From positions 27,596,401 through 27,660,400 of the forward strand of contig CM120641.1 of assembly GCA_051362555.1 (NCBI GenBank): 64,000 nucleotides of DNA. Direction: 5' to 3'. Both the position numbers and the translations under genes were made by a program. This document shows positions 13,201 through 27,300 of this stretch, one piece after another (within the stretch, counting starts at the first letter, position 1; each line of letters starts with the position of its first letter). The notes below the pieces were generated by a model, which made no database searches, was not told the origin of the DNA, and worked only from the letters and a program-made list of their open reading frames with translations. This DNA comes from Lingula anatina. Its lineage: Eukaryota; Animalia; Brachiopoda.

Positions 13201-16200
13201 TCAAAATTTGAAGACACCCCTATTTTGGACACTGCTCCCATGATGACCATTTAAGGAAAACCATGTCACTTACTGTTCTCAAACTTACAAGAAGAAACAT
13301 GGGACTTAAATAAAGCTTCAGTGGGCAATGCAGACTATTTGGTAATTTTTTTTGGCAGTTAATCAGCTTTTTGTGAAAATTTAATTTTTCACATATTGGC
13401 ATTTTCAAGGTGTGACTTAGAACCTCCACGGGCTTGAAGACCCATGCTAGTCACATTTTCTGAAAATCCACGATACGGATCTTTTATTATTAAAAACTGA
13501 TGGTCATTATGCTGTTAAGCATTATGTAATATTGCATTAAAATAGAAGAAAACACAATTTTGGGTGCTGCTGCCATGATGACCATTATGGGAAAACCATG
13601 TTACTTATGAGTGTCAAACTTTCAAAAAAGAAACAAAGGACTAAAATGCAGCCTGAGTTGGAAAAGCAGTCTAATTGGCTTCTTTTTCTGGAAGTTATAC
13701 ATTTTAGTGAAATATTCATTTTTATCATGTTGGCATATTCATTGTGGGACTCGAAGCTCCCATGGACATGAAGCCAAATGGTAATCAAATTTTCTACATG
13801 TCCATGCTATTTGTAGTCAATAATCAAAAATTGGTGATAATTATTCTGTAATTTATTATGTAATGTTACATCAAAATTGACAAAAATCTTTTTGCACTGC
13901 TACTACAAACATTATGAAAAGAAAACTATGTTACTTATTATTATTTTCAACTTACAAGTACGATTTGTAGGATTGGCATGCAGTTCAAATTAGAAAGCCA
14001 GCTCAAATGGGTTATCATTTATTATTGAATTTAAGCAGTTTTATGTGAAATTTTCATTTTTCTCATTCTGGCATTTTCAAAGTGTGAACTTAAACTCCCA
14101 TGGGCCTGAATCCTTACGCTTGTTACACATTTCACTTACATTGGTATTACCTGTTGAGCATAATTAAAATTTGATGTTGAATTTGCAGTTAAGCATAATG
14201 TACTTTTGCATCAGAATTGACAGTAGCCTGTTTTGTGCATTGTTATTGTCTGCTTTTTGTCTGTACATTTGACAGCTTTGCTGCCTTGTTTACAGTTGCA
14301 GTTCTCTAGAGGAGACAAGATTGAGGTTCTCCAAAAGACCTCAGAACACTGGTGGTGGTCAAGACTTAATGGTCACGTTGGATATGTGCCCACCAATCAT
14401 GTGGTCAGCTTCTCCGACTCCTCCTTTAAGCAGATTTCATGGCAGGATTGTGATTATTTTGAAAATTATGGCACTTTGGTGAGGAGAGGTTGATGTTTGA
14501 AATTTTGATTTTGAACGAAAGTTCAACTAATTATAAATTTCTCTGCATTAAAGTTACATATGAAGTCAAATCTTTGCCACTAAACCCAACCAAATGCCAA
14601 CATATAATCTAATAGCATAAATTTAAGATATAACAAAGGATATCGTTTCACCAAAAAATTATATTTGAACAGATGTTTTCTGCTTTCTTTTTGTGCTATA
14701 TATAATACTCAGTCAATTTTGGGAACCCACATTTGATTATTTTAATTTGCTATTATGTTCTCAGCAATTATATATCATAGAGCACTATTTGACAGGCTTT
14801 TACCAACTGGAGAGACAGATAAGTAGGTCAAGTTTACGACCATAAATTTGGACAGTCAAGTTAAAAGGCTCTTTTATGTACAGACACAGATGTGTCTGTA
14901 CATATTGCCATCACCTGCGTCTGTCGTCGCCGATCATGTCGCCGTCGCCGTCGCCGTGCACTTTCAGCGTTAACACCATAAGTGGAAGACAGTTTTACTT
15001 TTTGGCTTTATATTTACAGAGCTGATGAATATTCATAAAACACAGGTCAAGTTCGAAAATCAGCATGATCGGGCCATTATTGTAGAATTTATGCTGTTTT
15101 TTCACTTTTCAGCATATATGCAACACTGTTAACACATTTCAAGGAAAACTGATAGGCCTGTTGTCATGAAACTCACAGGAGTAATCAATCTTACTAAAAC
15201 GCAGATCAAGTTCGAAAATCGGCATGATCGGGCCACTATTTTATAAGTTATGCTGTTTTTTCACATTTCCTCAGATTCAATTCTTAGGCATGTTAACAGT
15301 CTCATTATTTAATTAATAAGATACGTAAAAGTGTTTGTTTGACATTTCCTGCATCTTTACAACATTGTTAGTTGATTATGTAAAAATGATGGTAAACTTG
15401 TAATCGTGTATTGTGTAATAAGGTGTCAAAAATGGAAATAAACTCATATCATTGCAGTTTGTAAGATTCAATCATTCACTATGTTCAGAAACTCAGAATG
15501 GAGGAAATTGGACATTTGACACTGTTCTATTGATATTTTTCACATCTCATCAATTTTCTTAGTTGATCATATAAAAATGGCAGTAAACTGTTAATTTTGT
15601 TTTATGTTAAAAAAGTGTTAAAAATGGATAAAAAAACATTTCAGAACAGTGCTGTCTTGTTAACATTTTGGCATTTTCAAGTTGTGACTTTGAAGTTCCA
15701 TGGGCCTGAAGACATTTGCTAGTCACATTTTCTGAATATCCATAATACTAATATTTTATTATAAAAAATTGATGGTCATTATGCTGTTAAACGTTATGTA
15801 ATATTGCATCAAAATTTGGAAAAAAATATTTTGGGCTTTGCTCCCATGATTACCATTTAAGAAAAATCATGTCACTTACTGTTCTCAAACTTACAGGAAA
15901 GAAACATGGGACTAAAATACAGCTTCAGTAGGCAATGCAGTCTGTTTGGTAATTCTTTCTGGCAATTAAACAGTTTTTTGTGAAAATTTAATTTTTCACA
16001 TATTGGCATTTTCAAGGTGTGACTTTGAAGTTCCATGGGCTTGAAGACCCATGCTAGTCACATTTTCTGAAAATCCATGATACGTATATTTTATTATTAA
16101 AAATTGACGGTCATTATGCTGTTAACCACTATGTAATATTGCATCAGAATAGAAGAAAACACAATTTTGGGTGCTGCTGCCATGATGACCATTATGGGAA

Positions 16201-17073
16201 AACCATGTTACTGATGATTGCCAAACGTTCAGAAAAGAAATACAGGACTAAAATGCAGCCTGAGTTGGAAAAGCAGTCTAATTGGCTTCTTTTTCTGGAA
16301 GTTATACATTTTCAAAGTGTGAACTTGAACTGCCATGGGCCTGAAGCCTTATGCTTGTTACACCTTTTAGTTCAATTGGTATTACCTGTTGAGCATAATT
16401 AAAATTTGATGTTGAATTTGCAGTTTAACATAATGTACTTTTGCATCAGAATTAACACTAGCCTATTTTGTGCATAGTTATTTCCTGCTTTTTGTCTGTA
16501 CATTTGACAGCTTTGCTGCCTTGTTTTTTTTTTGCAGATCAAGTGATTTATTTGGTTTATCTTGTAGCTTATCAGCTTAATTTGCTTTGTATAAGAAACT
16601 AGTAGTAGTGATTTATATGCGCTACAAGGAATCTACGCTGGCTTCATATGTAACTTTAATAAATTGTCTAACAAACTTTTAATGGAGTTCATCATAATAA
16701 TTAAGTGATGCTCTTTTTGCATATAAACCAATAACATATTTCCTGTAGTGAAATTTTAGTTGTAGATTATATTGGCAAGTCATAGAATTTTGTCTACCAA
16801 TTCTAAAAGCTTGAAATGAATAGAACCCTTAATACAAAAAATACAAACATTTGAAGACAGTGATAGGATCTGATTCATTAAAATGTAAGTGGCAACCTTT
16901 ATTATTGTTCTCTTCTATTTTGTCAGAAACTTCATCTTGAAATGCTTAGTGACAAACCCAGAACAGAGGCTTACAAAAAGGCATTTGAGGTATATTGCAG
17001 GCATACCAAAGACAAGGTAACCATTTTCATATCACGATTTGAGTTCATCCACAGGTATATTTGTATTCATCAA

Positions 17074-17132
<59 letters not shown>

Positions 17133-18045
17133 AACCAGGTGCAAAATAAAATATCCTGCCTATGAGACATGAGTACAATCTATCTGAATTGAAAACAAGG
17201 CAGCAAAGCTGTCAAATGTACAGACAAAAAACAGAAAATAAAGATGCAAAAAAGGTCATTTTGTCAATTTTGATGCAATAATAAATAATGCTTATAATAG
17301 CACTGTCAGTCAACACTGAATTTTAATCTTGCACAACAGGTAACATGGTCAATAACAGGAGCGGACCCAGAGATATTTTCTGACAGTATTACAAAGTATC
17401 TATGTTGATCCATCCTCCATTTTGATGGTCTTCCAACAGAAAAAAATAGATACCAGTCAATATAAACTTAATAACCTGACTGTCTTCCGGAAGACCCAGA
17501 AGATGGTCTCAATCCACCCCTTCAATAAGATTACAGTTTCAGGACCATGAGAGTTCAAATTCACATTATGAAAGTCTCAATATTTGAAAAATGATGACAG
17601 TGCATAAAATAATATTACATAATGTTTAAAGACACAAAAAACAATACAACTGCTTATGTAGAAATACAGAAAATGTGCAGAGCCCCAGGCAGATGATAGC
17701 CTGCCTGGGGCTAAAAGTCACAAATGCAAATGTTTGAGAAAAAATTATAAAGAAAAACAACAAAACTAGAAAAGCACTTTGAGAGTGCAGACCTCTGCCA
17801 AGGCAGCAATTGTTGATTATTATTGATAATTGATTGATTATTGATCCGGACCACCACCAAAAATTAATCATTGTCCTCTTTGGCCCACTTCCGACAGTTC
17901 CTGAAAATTTCTGCAAAATCAGTCCATAACTTTTTGTGTTATGTGGATGACAGACAAACAGGGGTGAAAATATAACCTCCTTGGCAGAGCTTGAGGTAAA
18001 TATAATTCCAATGAAGCTGCTATTCAAACTTTTAATCTTCCAGTT

Positions 18046-18100
<55 letters not shown>

Positions 18101-21100
18101 AAACTTATTTGCAATATTAAACAAAATTTACCTGCATAATTATCACTGCTTCCTTATTATTAATCTAGCAAAGAGCTTTACCTTTGGGAGTTTACAGGGA
18201 AATATCAACAAGTGTGCTTTACGTAATCTCATTTAATGGCCTATTAAAGCAAATGACTTTATAACTCTGAAATTAATCTAGTGATACCCAAGGGTAATTT
18301 ACAGACTGACCCACTCAAAGGTCTTCAGGCCCATAAGTCACACCTTAAGAAAAGCACAAAACCATAATGCCCAAAATAGGAGAATACCAATCCTGATGCA
18401 ATAATACATTATGTTTAACTGCACAGTCAACATCAACTTATGCACAACAGGTAACACAGACGAAAGTAAAAGCATAAGGCTTCAGGCCCATCAGAGTTCA
18501 AGTTTATACTTAGAAAGTGCCAGATTGAGAAAAATGAAAATTTCACAAAAAATGCATAAATACAATAAACATGATAATCCAATAGAGCTGGTTTTCTCAT
18601 GAGCTGAAGGCCAATCCTAAAAATCGTACTTGTAAGTTTAAAATTATAATAAGTAGCACAGTTTTCTTTTCATAATGTTTGCAGTAGCAGTGCAAAAAGA
18701 TTGTCAATTTTGATGTAACATTACATAATAAATTAGAGAATAATTATCACCAATTTTTGTTTATTGACTATAAATAGGATGGACATGTAGAAAATATGAT
18801 TACCATTTGGCTTCATATCCATGGGAGCTCCGAGTCCCACAATGAATATGCCAAAAAAGATAATGAATATAACACTAAAATGTATAACTTCCAGAAAAAG
18901 AAGCCAATTAGACTGCTTTTCTAACTCAGGCTGCATTTTAGTCCTGTGTTTCTTTTTTGAAACTTTGACAGTCATAAGTAACACGGTTTTTCCATAATGG
19001 TCATCAAGGCAGCAGCACCAAAAATTGTGTTTTCTTCTATTTTGATGCAACATTACATAATGCTTAACAGCATAATGACCATCGATTTTTAATAATAAAA
19101 TATTAGTATCACGGATATTCAGGAAATGTGACAAGCAAAGGTCTTCAGGATCATGGAACTTCAAAGTCACACCTTGAAAATGCCAATAAGTGAAAAATTA
19201 AATTTTCACAAAAAACTGTTTAATTGCCAGAAAATTTACCAAACAGACTGCATTGCCTACTGGAGCTGTATTTTAGTCCCATGTTTCTTTCCTGTAAGTT
19301 TGAGAACAGTAAGTGACATGATTTTCCTTAAATGGTCATCATGGGAGCAGTGCCCAAAATAGGGGTTTCTTCAAATTTTCATGCAATATTACATAATGTT
19401 TTACAGCATAATGACCATCAATTTTTAATTATAAAATATTAGTATCATGGTTATTCAGAAAATGTGACTAGCAAAAGCCTTCAGGCCCATGGAACTTCAA
19501 AGTCACATATTGAAAATGCCAAAATGTAAACAATACAGCACTGTTCTGAAATGGGTTTATTTCCATTTTTAACACTTTTTAAACATAAAACAAAATAAAC
19601 AGTTTACTGCCATTTTTATATGACCAATGAAGAAAATTGATGAGATGGGAAAAGTATCAATAGAACAGTTTTAAAGGCCCAACTTCCTCCATTCTGAGAT
19701 TCTGAACATAGTGGATGAATGCATCTGACAAACTGCAATGATATGAGTTTATTTCCATTTTTGACACTTTATTACACAATACATGATAACAAGTTTACCA
19801 TCATTTTTACAAAATCAACTAACAATGTTGTAAAGATGCAGGAAATGCCAAACAAACACATTTACGTATCTTATTAGTTCAATAATGAGACTGTTAACAT
19901 GCCTAAGAATTGAATGTGAGGAAATGTGAAAAAACAGCATTACCTTTTAAAATAATGGACTGATTATGCTGATTTTCAAACTCAACCTGCGTTTTAGTAA
20001 GATTGGCCCCTCCTGCGAGTATAATGACAATTGGCCAATCTGTTTTTCTTATATTGTGTTATCAGTGTTGCATATATACTGAAAAAAGTGAAAAAAAACA
20101 GCATAAATTCCCTACAAGTGACCCGATCTTGCTGATTTTCAAACTTGACCTGCGTATTATGAATATTTATCAGTTCTGTAAGTTTCAAGCCAAAGGGTAA
20201 AACAGCTCTTCATTTATTGTGTTATCAGTGTTGCAAAAATGCTGAAAAAAAGTGAAAAAATAGCCTAAATTCACTAAAAATGACCCAATCATGCTGATTT
20301 TCGAACTTGACCTGCGTATTATGAATATTCATCAGTTCTGTAGGTTTCAAGCCAAAAGGTCAAATGGTTTTCCATTTATGGTGTTATCGGTGCTGCATAT
20401 ATGTTGAAAAAAGTGAAAAAACAGCATAAATTCCCTAAGATAGACCCGATCAAGCTGATTTTCGAACTTGACCTGCGTATTATGAATATTCATCAGTTCT
20501 GCAAGTTTCAAGCCAAAAGGTAAAATGGTTTTCCACTTATCGTGTTATCGGTGCTGCATATATGCTGAAAAAAGTGAAAAAACAGCATAAATTCCCTATA
20601 AGTGACCCGATCATGCTGATTTTCGAACTTGACCTGCGTATTATGAATATTCATCAGTACTGTAAGTTTCAAGCCAAAAGGTACAATGGTTTTCCACTTA
20701 TCGTGTTATCGGTGCTGCATATATGTTGAAAAAATAGCCTAAATTCACTAAAAATGACCCAATCATGCTGATTTTCGAACTTGACCTGTGTATTATGAAT
20801 ATTTATCAGTTCTGTAAGTTTCAAGCCAAAGGGTAAAACAGCTCTTCATTTATTGTGTTATCAGTGTTGCAAAAATGCTGAAAAAAAGTGAAAAAATAGC
20901 CTAAATTCACTAAAAATGACCCAATCATGCTGATTTTCGAACTTGACCTGCGTATTATGAATATTCATCAGTACTGTAAGTTTCAAGCCAAAAGGTACAA
21001 TGGTTTTCCACTTATCGTGTTATCGGTGCTGCATATATGTTGAAAAAAGTGAAAAAACAGCATAAATTCCCTAAGAGTGACCCGATCATGCTGATTTTCG

Positions 21101-21312
21101 AACTTGACCTGCGTATTATGAATATTCATCAGTTCTGCAAGTTTCAAATCAAAAGGCAAAATGGTTTTCCACTTATCGTGTTATCGGTAAAAGTGCACGG
21201 CGACGGCGACGACAGCGACGACGGCGACGGCGACGACAGACGCAGATGATGGCTATATGTACAGACACATCTGTGTCTGTACATAAAAAGGGAAATAATC
21301 CCATTTTCGTTT

Positions 21313-21351
<39 letters not shown>

Positions 21352-24300
21352 TTGCATAATGAATACTAACTTTAGGTTGTCCTGGACATTGGTTGTGGTA
21401 CAGGGATATTGAGTATGTTTGCTGCCACCGTGGGACAGGCAGCAAAGGTAAGACATTCAGAGTAATTTTTTTTTTAAATTTTAAATAAATATATACAACA
21501 AGTCACTGAAATAAATTCCAGGTGTTTGTGATTTTTGAAATGTTAAACTTTGTAGCAGATTGCTAAGTTTTCTGTTTTTTTTTTTAGTTCAGTTTTGACT
21601 TTGAAAGGACATATGTTCTCTCTATTGTAAATATTCAAAATGTCATGAATTATTTCTAATAGGTTTATGCAGTGGAGGCTAGTGATATTGCTCATTACAC
21701 TAAATCACTAGTGGATAAAAATGGCTTGGGTGAACAAATTACAGTGATTGAAGGGGAAATGGAAAACATTGTTTTACCAGAAAAAGTGGATTTGATCATA
21801 TCAGAATGGATGGGGACAATGCTATTGGTAAGAAAAATGGTATATAAAATATCAGAAGTTTTAATTTTTAATACACTATTACCTTGGGTTTTGCTGTATA
21901 CTAATTCTTAAAGTTAGTGGCACTTGGTGTTTGGTCACATAAGAGATGATAAACATCACAATCAAATGAATGAATTGAAAACATTAGTTGGGTATTTAAA
22001 GCAAAAATAATAGATGAAGAACATACTTCATAATGCTATTCCTTTTCTTAATATTTATCTTTCAGTTTGAGTTCATGATTGAAACTGTGATACTAGGTCG
22101 AGACAAGTGCCTGAAAGAAGATGGTGTGATATGGCCGTCTGAAGCCCAGTTGTACCTCGCACCATGCAGTGCTCAGAGTGTGCATCAAGCTAAGGTCAAG
22201 GCCTGGGACAATGTCTATGGATATGACTTCTCCTCATTGAGGTGAGTGGGCAAAATGTAACAGCTATTTCAGGGCAGTTTGATGAAGATGTTCAAGACGT
22301 ACATTGTGTAATCCGAGGTTACTGACCCAAAATACAATTTCTAAATCACTATGCCTTAACCTCGAGTAGTAATGTACTTAATCAATGTTATACATTAAAC
22401 AATTCTTCGCCCAGAAAACACAAATGATCACCTTAAGGCTTAGTGTGCCTGACAATTTCCCACACAATTTTAAATAGCTGAAATAAGTAGACAGATCTGA
22501 AATGAAAAATCTTACAAGCAGTAAGTGGATTATGTGAAGATTATCTGTACAAAAAATATAAAAAGTGTTGTTGATGAAATTTAAATGTTACTTTTGTCCT
22601 TTTCACTTATTGTACCACCAGCGTTAGCGCTGGCGGTACACATGGTTTCGGTCTCGTCCGGATCGTTCCGCCGGCTCCGCCGGACGGCTACCGTTACCGC
22701 TTCTCCTCCTAGACGGTAAGGCCCCCCATACCCATCTCATGGATTTAGGTCACCTATAATCTCAACTCGTTCCACGTAAAATTTGGGCTTTGTCGGTATT
22801 GGGGTCTGGGTGTGGCACTCATTGCAATGCACCCTTGTCTAAAAATGGCAAAATTAAATGCTAATTATCTACCCTACGGAAGGAGTTATGGGAAAAATTT
22901 CTATAGACGTCTTTCCAAAAGTCATATGTGTAGATTTCAAATATACCCTTGGATTTGACCTTTGACCTTTACTTCAAGGTCAAATGGGCCAAAATTTTCA
23001 AAAAAATGAAATTTTTTACGAAAAAAAATTTTTTTGCCCTGTTATTCAGACACCACACAGACTTAACCAATAATATTATTGGAAAGTGTTACCCTTCAGG
23101 TCATCTTTCATCTCCATGAATTTGGGGTCAATCGGTGCATTTACACGGGAGTAGCGGCCATAAGATACCGAAACTGAAAACTGTCTCTAATTCGGGAACC
23201 GTTAATGCTAGAGACCCATTCTTTTTTGCATTTTGTAGAGCATGTAAAGCCCAACACTGGAGGTGGTCTCGGTTTTTTTGTATTCCATACGGTTTTCGAG
23301 TTACGCTGTATCAAAAAGTACATATTGGTGGTAAAAGCAAAATGTGCAGTACGGTAATGGATAATAAATTTTGAACTCTGGAAAAATAAAACATTAGGCT
23401 TGGCAAAGCAGACAACTTGTGTTCAAAAATGACATTATTTCATCAAATTTGATCTTCTGAAACTTCAGAGCACCTCCTATTTCAAGAATTTTGACCAAAA
23501 TGACATTTTCTTTATTTTGATTAATTTTTTCTGTACGAAATTTAAGGCACATTATGGTAACTCCAAAATTATAACATTTAGTCCCTTATATCTCCAAAAC
23601 TGGCAGAGATAGGTCTATAGTTACTATTGAAGTTGAATAGGAAGTCATATACTGGCAATCTATATGTGACCTTAAAATTGACCTTTGACCTACTTTTCAC
23701 CATGAACTGAACTTTGCAAATTTTTCTTCCCTTTTATCTCCAAAACTGGCAGAGATAGGTCCATAGTTACTATTGAACTTGAATAGGAAGTCATATACTG
23801 GCAATCTAAATGTGACCTTAAAATTGACCTTTGACCTACTTTTCACCATGAACTGAACTTTGCAAATTTTTCTTCCCTTTTATCTCCAAAACTTTCAGAG
23901 ATAGGTCCATAGTTACTATTGAACTTGAATAGGAAGTCATATACTGGCAATCTAAATGTGACCTTAAAATTGACCTTTGACCTACTTTTCACCATGAACT
24001 GAACTTTGCAAATTTTGGTTTCCTTTTATCTCCAAAACTGGCTGAGATAGGTCCGTAGTTACTATTGAACTTGAATAGGAAGTCATATACAGGCAATCTA
24101 AATGTGACCATAAAATTGACCTTTGACCTACTTTTCACCATGAACTGAACTTTGCAAATTTTGCTTCCGTTTTATCTCCAAAACTGGCAGAGATAGGTCC
24201 ATAGTTACTATTGAACTTGAATAGGAAGTCATATACTGGCAATCTAAATGTGACCTTAAAATTGACCTTTGACCTACTTTTCACCATGAACTGAACTTTG

Positions 24301-27300
24301 CAAATTTTTCTTCCCTTTTATCTCCAAAACTTTCAGAGATAGGTCCATAGTTACTATTGAACTTTAATAGGAAGTCATATACTGGCAATCTAAATGTGAC
24401 CTTAAAATTGACCTTTGACCTACTTTTCACCATGAACTGAACTTTGCAAATTTTGGTTTCCTTTTATCTCCAAAACTGGCTGAGATAGGTCCGTAGTTAC
24501 TATTGAACTTGAAAAGGAAGTCATATACTGGCAATCTAAATGTGACCATAAAATTGACCTTTGACCTACTTTTCACCATGAACTGAACTTTGCAAATTTT
24601 GCTTCCGTTTTATCTCCAAAACTGGCAGAGATAGGTCCATAGTTACTATTGAACTTGAATAGGAAGTCATATACTGGCAATCTAAATGTGACCTTAAAAT
24701 TGACCTTTGACCTACTTTTCACCATGAACTGAACTTTGCAAATTTTGCTTCCCTTTTATCTCCAAAACTGGCAGAGATAGGTCCATAGTTACTATTGAAC
24801 TTGAATAGGAAGTCATATACTGGCAATATAAATGTGACCTTAAAATTGACCTTTGACCTACTTTTCACCATGAACTGAACTTTGCATATAAAGCCCAATA
24901 CTGGAGGTGGTCTCGTTTTTTTTGTATTCCATACGGTTTTCGAGTTACGCTGTATCAAAAAGTACATATTGGTGGTAAAAGCAAAATGTGCAGTACGGTA
25001 ATGGATAATAAATTTTGAACTCTGGAAAAATAAAACATTAGGCTTGGCAAAGCAGACAACTTGTGTTCAAAAATGACATTATTTCATCAAATTTGAACTT
25101 CTGAAACTTCAGAGCACCTCCTATTTCAAGAATTTTGACCAAAATGACATTTTCTTTATTTTAATTAATTTTTTCTGTACGAAATTTAAGGCACATTATG
25201 GTAACTCCAAAATTATAACATTTAGTCCCTTATATCTCCAAAACTGGCAGAGATAGGTCTATAGTTACTATTGAAGTTGAATAGGAAGTCATATACTGGC
25301 AATCTATATGTGACCTTAAAATTGACCTTTGACCTACTTTTCACCATGAACTGAACTTTGCAAATTTTTCTTCCCTTTTATCTCCAAAACTGGCAGAGAT
25401 GGGTCCATAGTTACTATTGAACTTGAATAGGAAGTCATATACTGGCAATCTATATTTGACCTTAAAATTGACCTTTGACCTACTTTTCACCATGAACTGA
25501 ACTTTGCAAATTTTTCTTCCCTTTTATCTCCAAAACTGGCAGAGATATGTCCATAGTTACTATTGAACTTGAATAGGAAGTCATATACTGGCAATCTATA
25601 TGTGACCTTAAAATTGACCTTTGACCTACTTTTCACCATGAACTGAACTTTGCAAATTTTGCTTTCCTTTTATCTCCAAAACTGGCTGAGATAGGTCCGT
25701 AGTTACTATTGAACTTGAATAGGAAGTCATATACTGGCAATCTAAATGTGACCATAAAATTGACCTTTGACCTACTTTTCACCATGAACTGAACTTTGCA
25801 AATTTTGCTTCCGTTTTATCTCCAAAACTGGCAGAGATAGGTCCATAGTTACTATTGAACTTGAATAGGAAGTCATATACTGGCAATATAAATGTGACCT
25901 TACAATTGACCTTTGACCTACTTTTCACCATGAACTGAACTTTGCATGTAAAGCCCAATACTGGAGGTGGTCTCGGTTTTTTTGTATTCCATACGGTTTT
26001 CGAGTTACGCTGTATCAAAAAGTACATATTGGTGGTAAAAGCAAAATGTGCAGTACGGTAATGGATAATAAATTTTGAACTCTGGAAAAATAAAACATTA
26101 GGCTTGGCAAAGCAGACAACTTGTGTTCAAAAATGACATTATTTCATCAAACTTGAACTTCTGAAACTTCAGAGCACCTCCTATTTCAAGAATTTTGACC
26201 AAAATCACATTTTCTTTATTTTGATTAATTTTTTCTGTACGAAATTTAAGGCACATTATGGTAACTCCAAAATTATAACATTTAGTCCCTTATATCTCCA
26301 AATCTGGCAGAGATAGGTCTATAGTTACTATTGAAGTTGAATAGGAAGTCATATACTGGCAATCTATATGTGACCTTAAAATTGACCTTTGACCTACTTT
26401 TCACCATGAACTGAACTTTGCAAATTTTGCTTTCCTTTTATCTCCAAAACTGGCAGAGATAGGTCCATAGTTACTATTGAACTTGAATAGGAAGTCATAT
26501 ACTGGCAATCTATATGTGACCTTAAAATTGACCTTTGACCTACTTTTCACCATGAACTGAACTTTGCAAATTTTTCTTCCCTTTTATCTCCAAAACTGGC
26601 AGAGATAGGTCCATAGTTACTATTGAACTTGAATAGGAAGTCATATACTGGCAATCTAAATGTGACCTTAAAATTGACCTTTGACCTACTTTTCACCATG
26701 AACTGAACTTTGCAAATTTTGCTTCCCTTTTATCTCCAAAACTGGCAGAGATAGGTCCATAGTTACTATTGAACTTGAATAGGAAGTCATATACTGGCAA
26801 TATAAATGTGACCTTAAAATTGACCTTTGACCTACTTTTCACCATGAACTGAACTTTGCATGTAAAGCCCAATACTGGAGGTGGTCTCGGTTTTTTTGTA
26901 TTCCATACGGTTTTCGAGTTACGCTGTATCAAAAAGTACATATTGGTGGTAAAAGCAAAATGTGCAGTGCGGTAATGGATAATAAATTTTGAACTCTGGA
27001 AAAATAAAACATTAGGCTTGGCAAAGCAGACAACTTGTGTTCAAAAATGACATTATTTCATCAAACTTGAACTTCTGAAACTTCAGAGCACCTCCTATTT
27101 CAAGAATTTTGACCAAAATGACATTTTCTTTATTTTGATTAATTTTTTCTGTACGAAATTTAAGGCACATTATGGTAACTCCAAAATTATAACATTTAGT
27201 CCCTTATATCTCCAAAACTGGCAGAGATAGGTCTATAGTTACTATTGAAGTTGAATAGGAAGTCATATACTGGCAATATAAATGTGACCTTAAAATTAAC

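Larger units (their letters stand above)
17192..21289 (-). mobile_element. HINE family A copy 3, inverted (PRMT2 intron 3), with nested insertions
   Basis: The reverse complement of the family A 5' end is at 21190-21289 and of the 3' end (AACAAGGCAGCAAAGCTGTCAAATGTACAGACA) at ~17193-17226. The body at 18380-21289 closely matches copies 1 and 2. The 17192-18380 part is more diverged and interrupted, and could be an older separate copy. Confidence 0.8.

Noticed and set aside
13220-21249. Mutually similar ORFs (e.g. HQNRRKHNF.CCC, LKMPI.EKLNFHKKL)
   Set aside because: The similarity comes from the three HINE A copies. Frames are not preserved and there are no Rep/helicase motifs.
23141-26941. 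Four repeated short ORFs MYFLIQRNSKTVWN...
   Set aside because: They are a by-product of the higher-order repeat. They have no domain features and variable ends.
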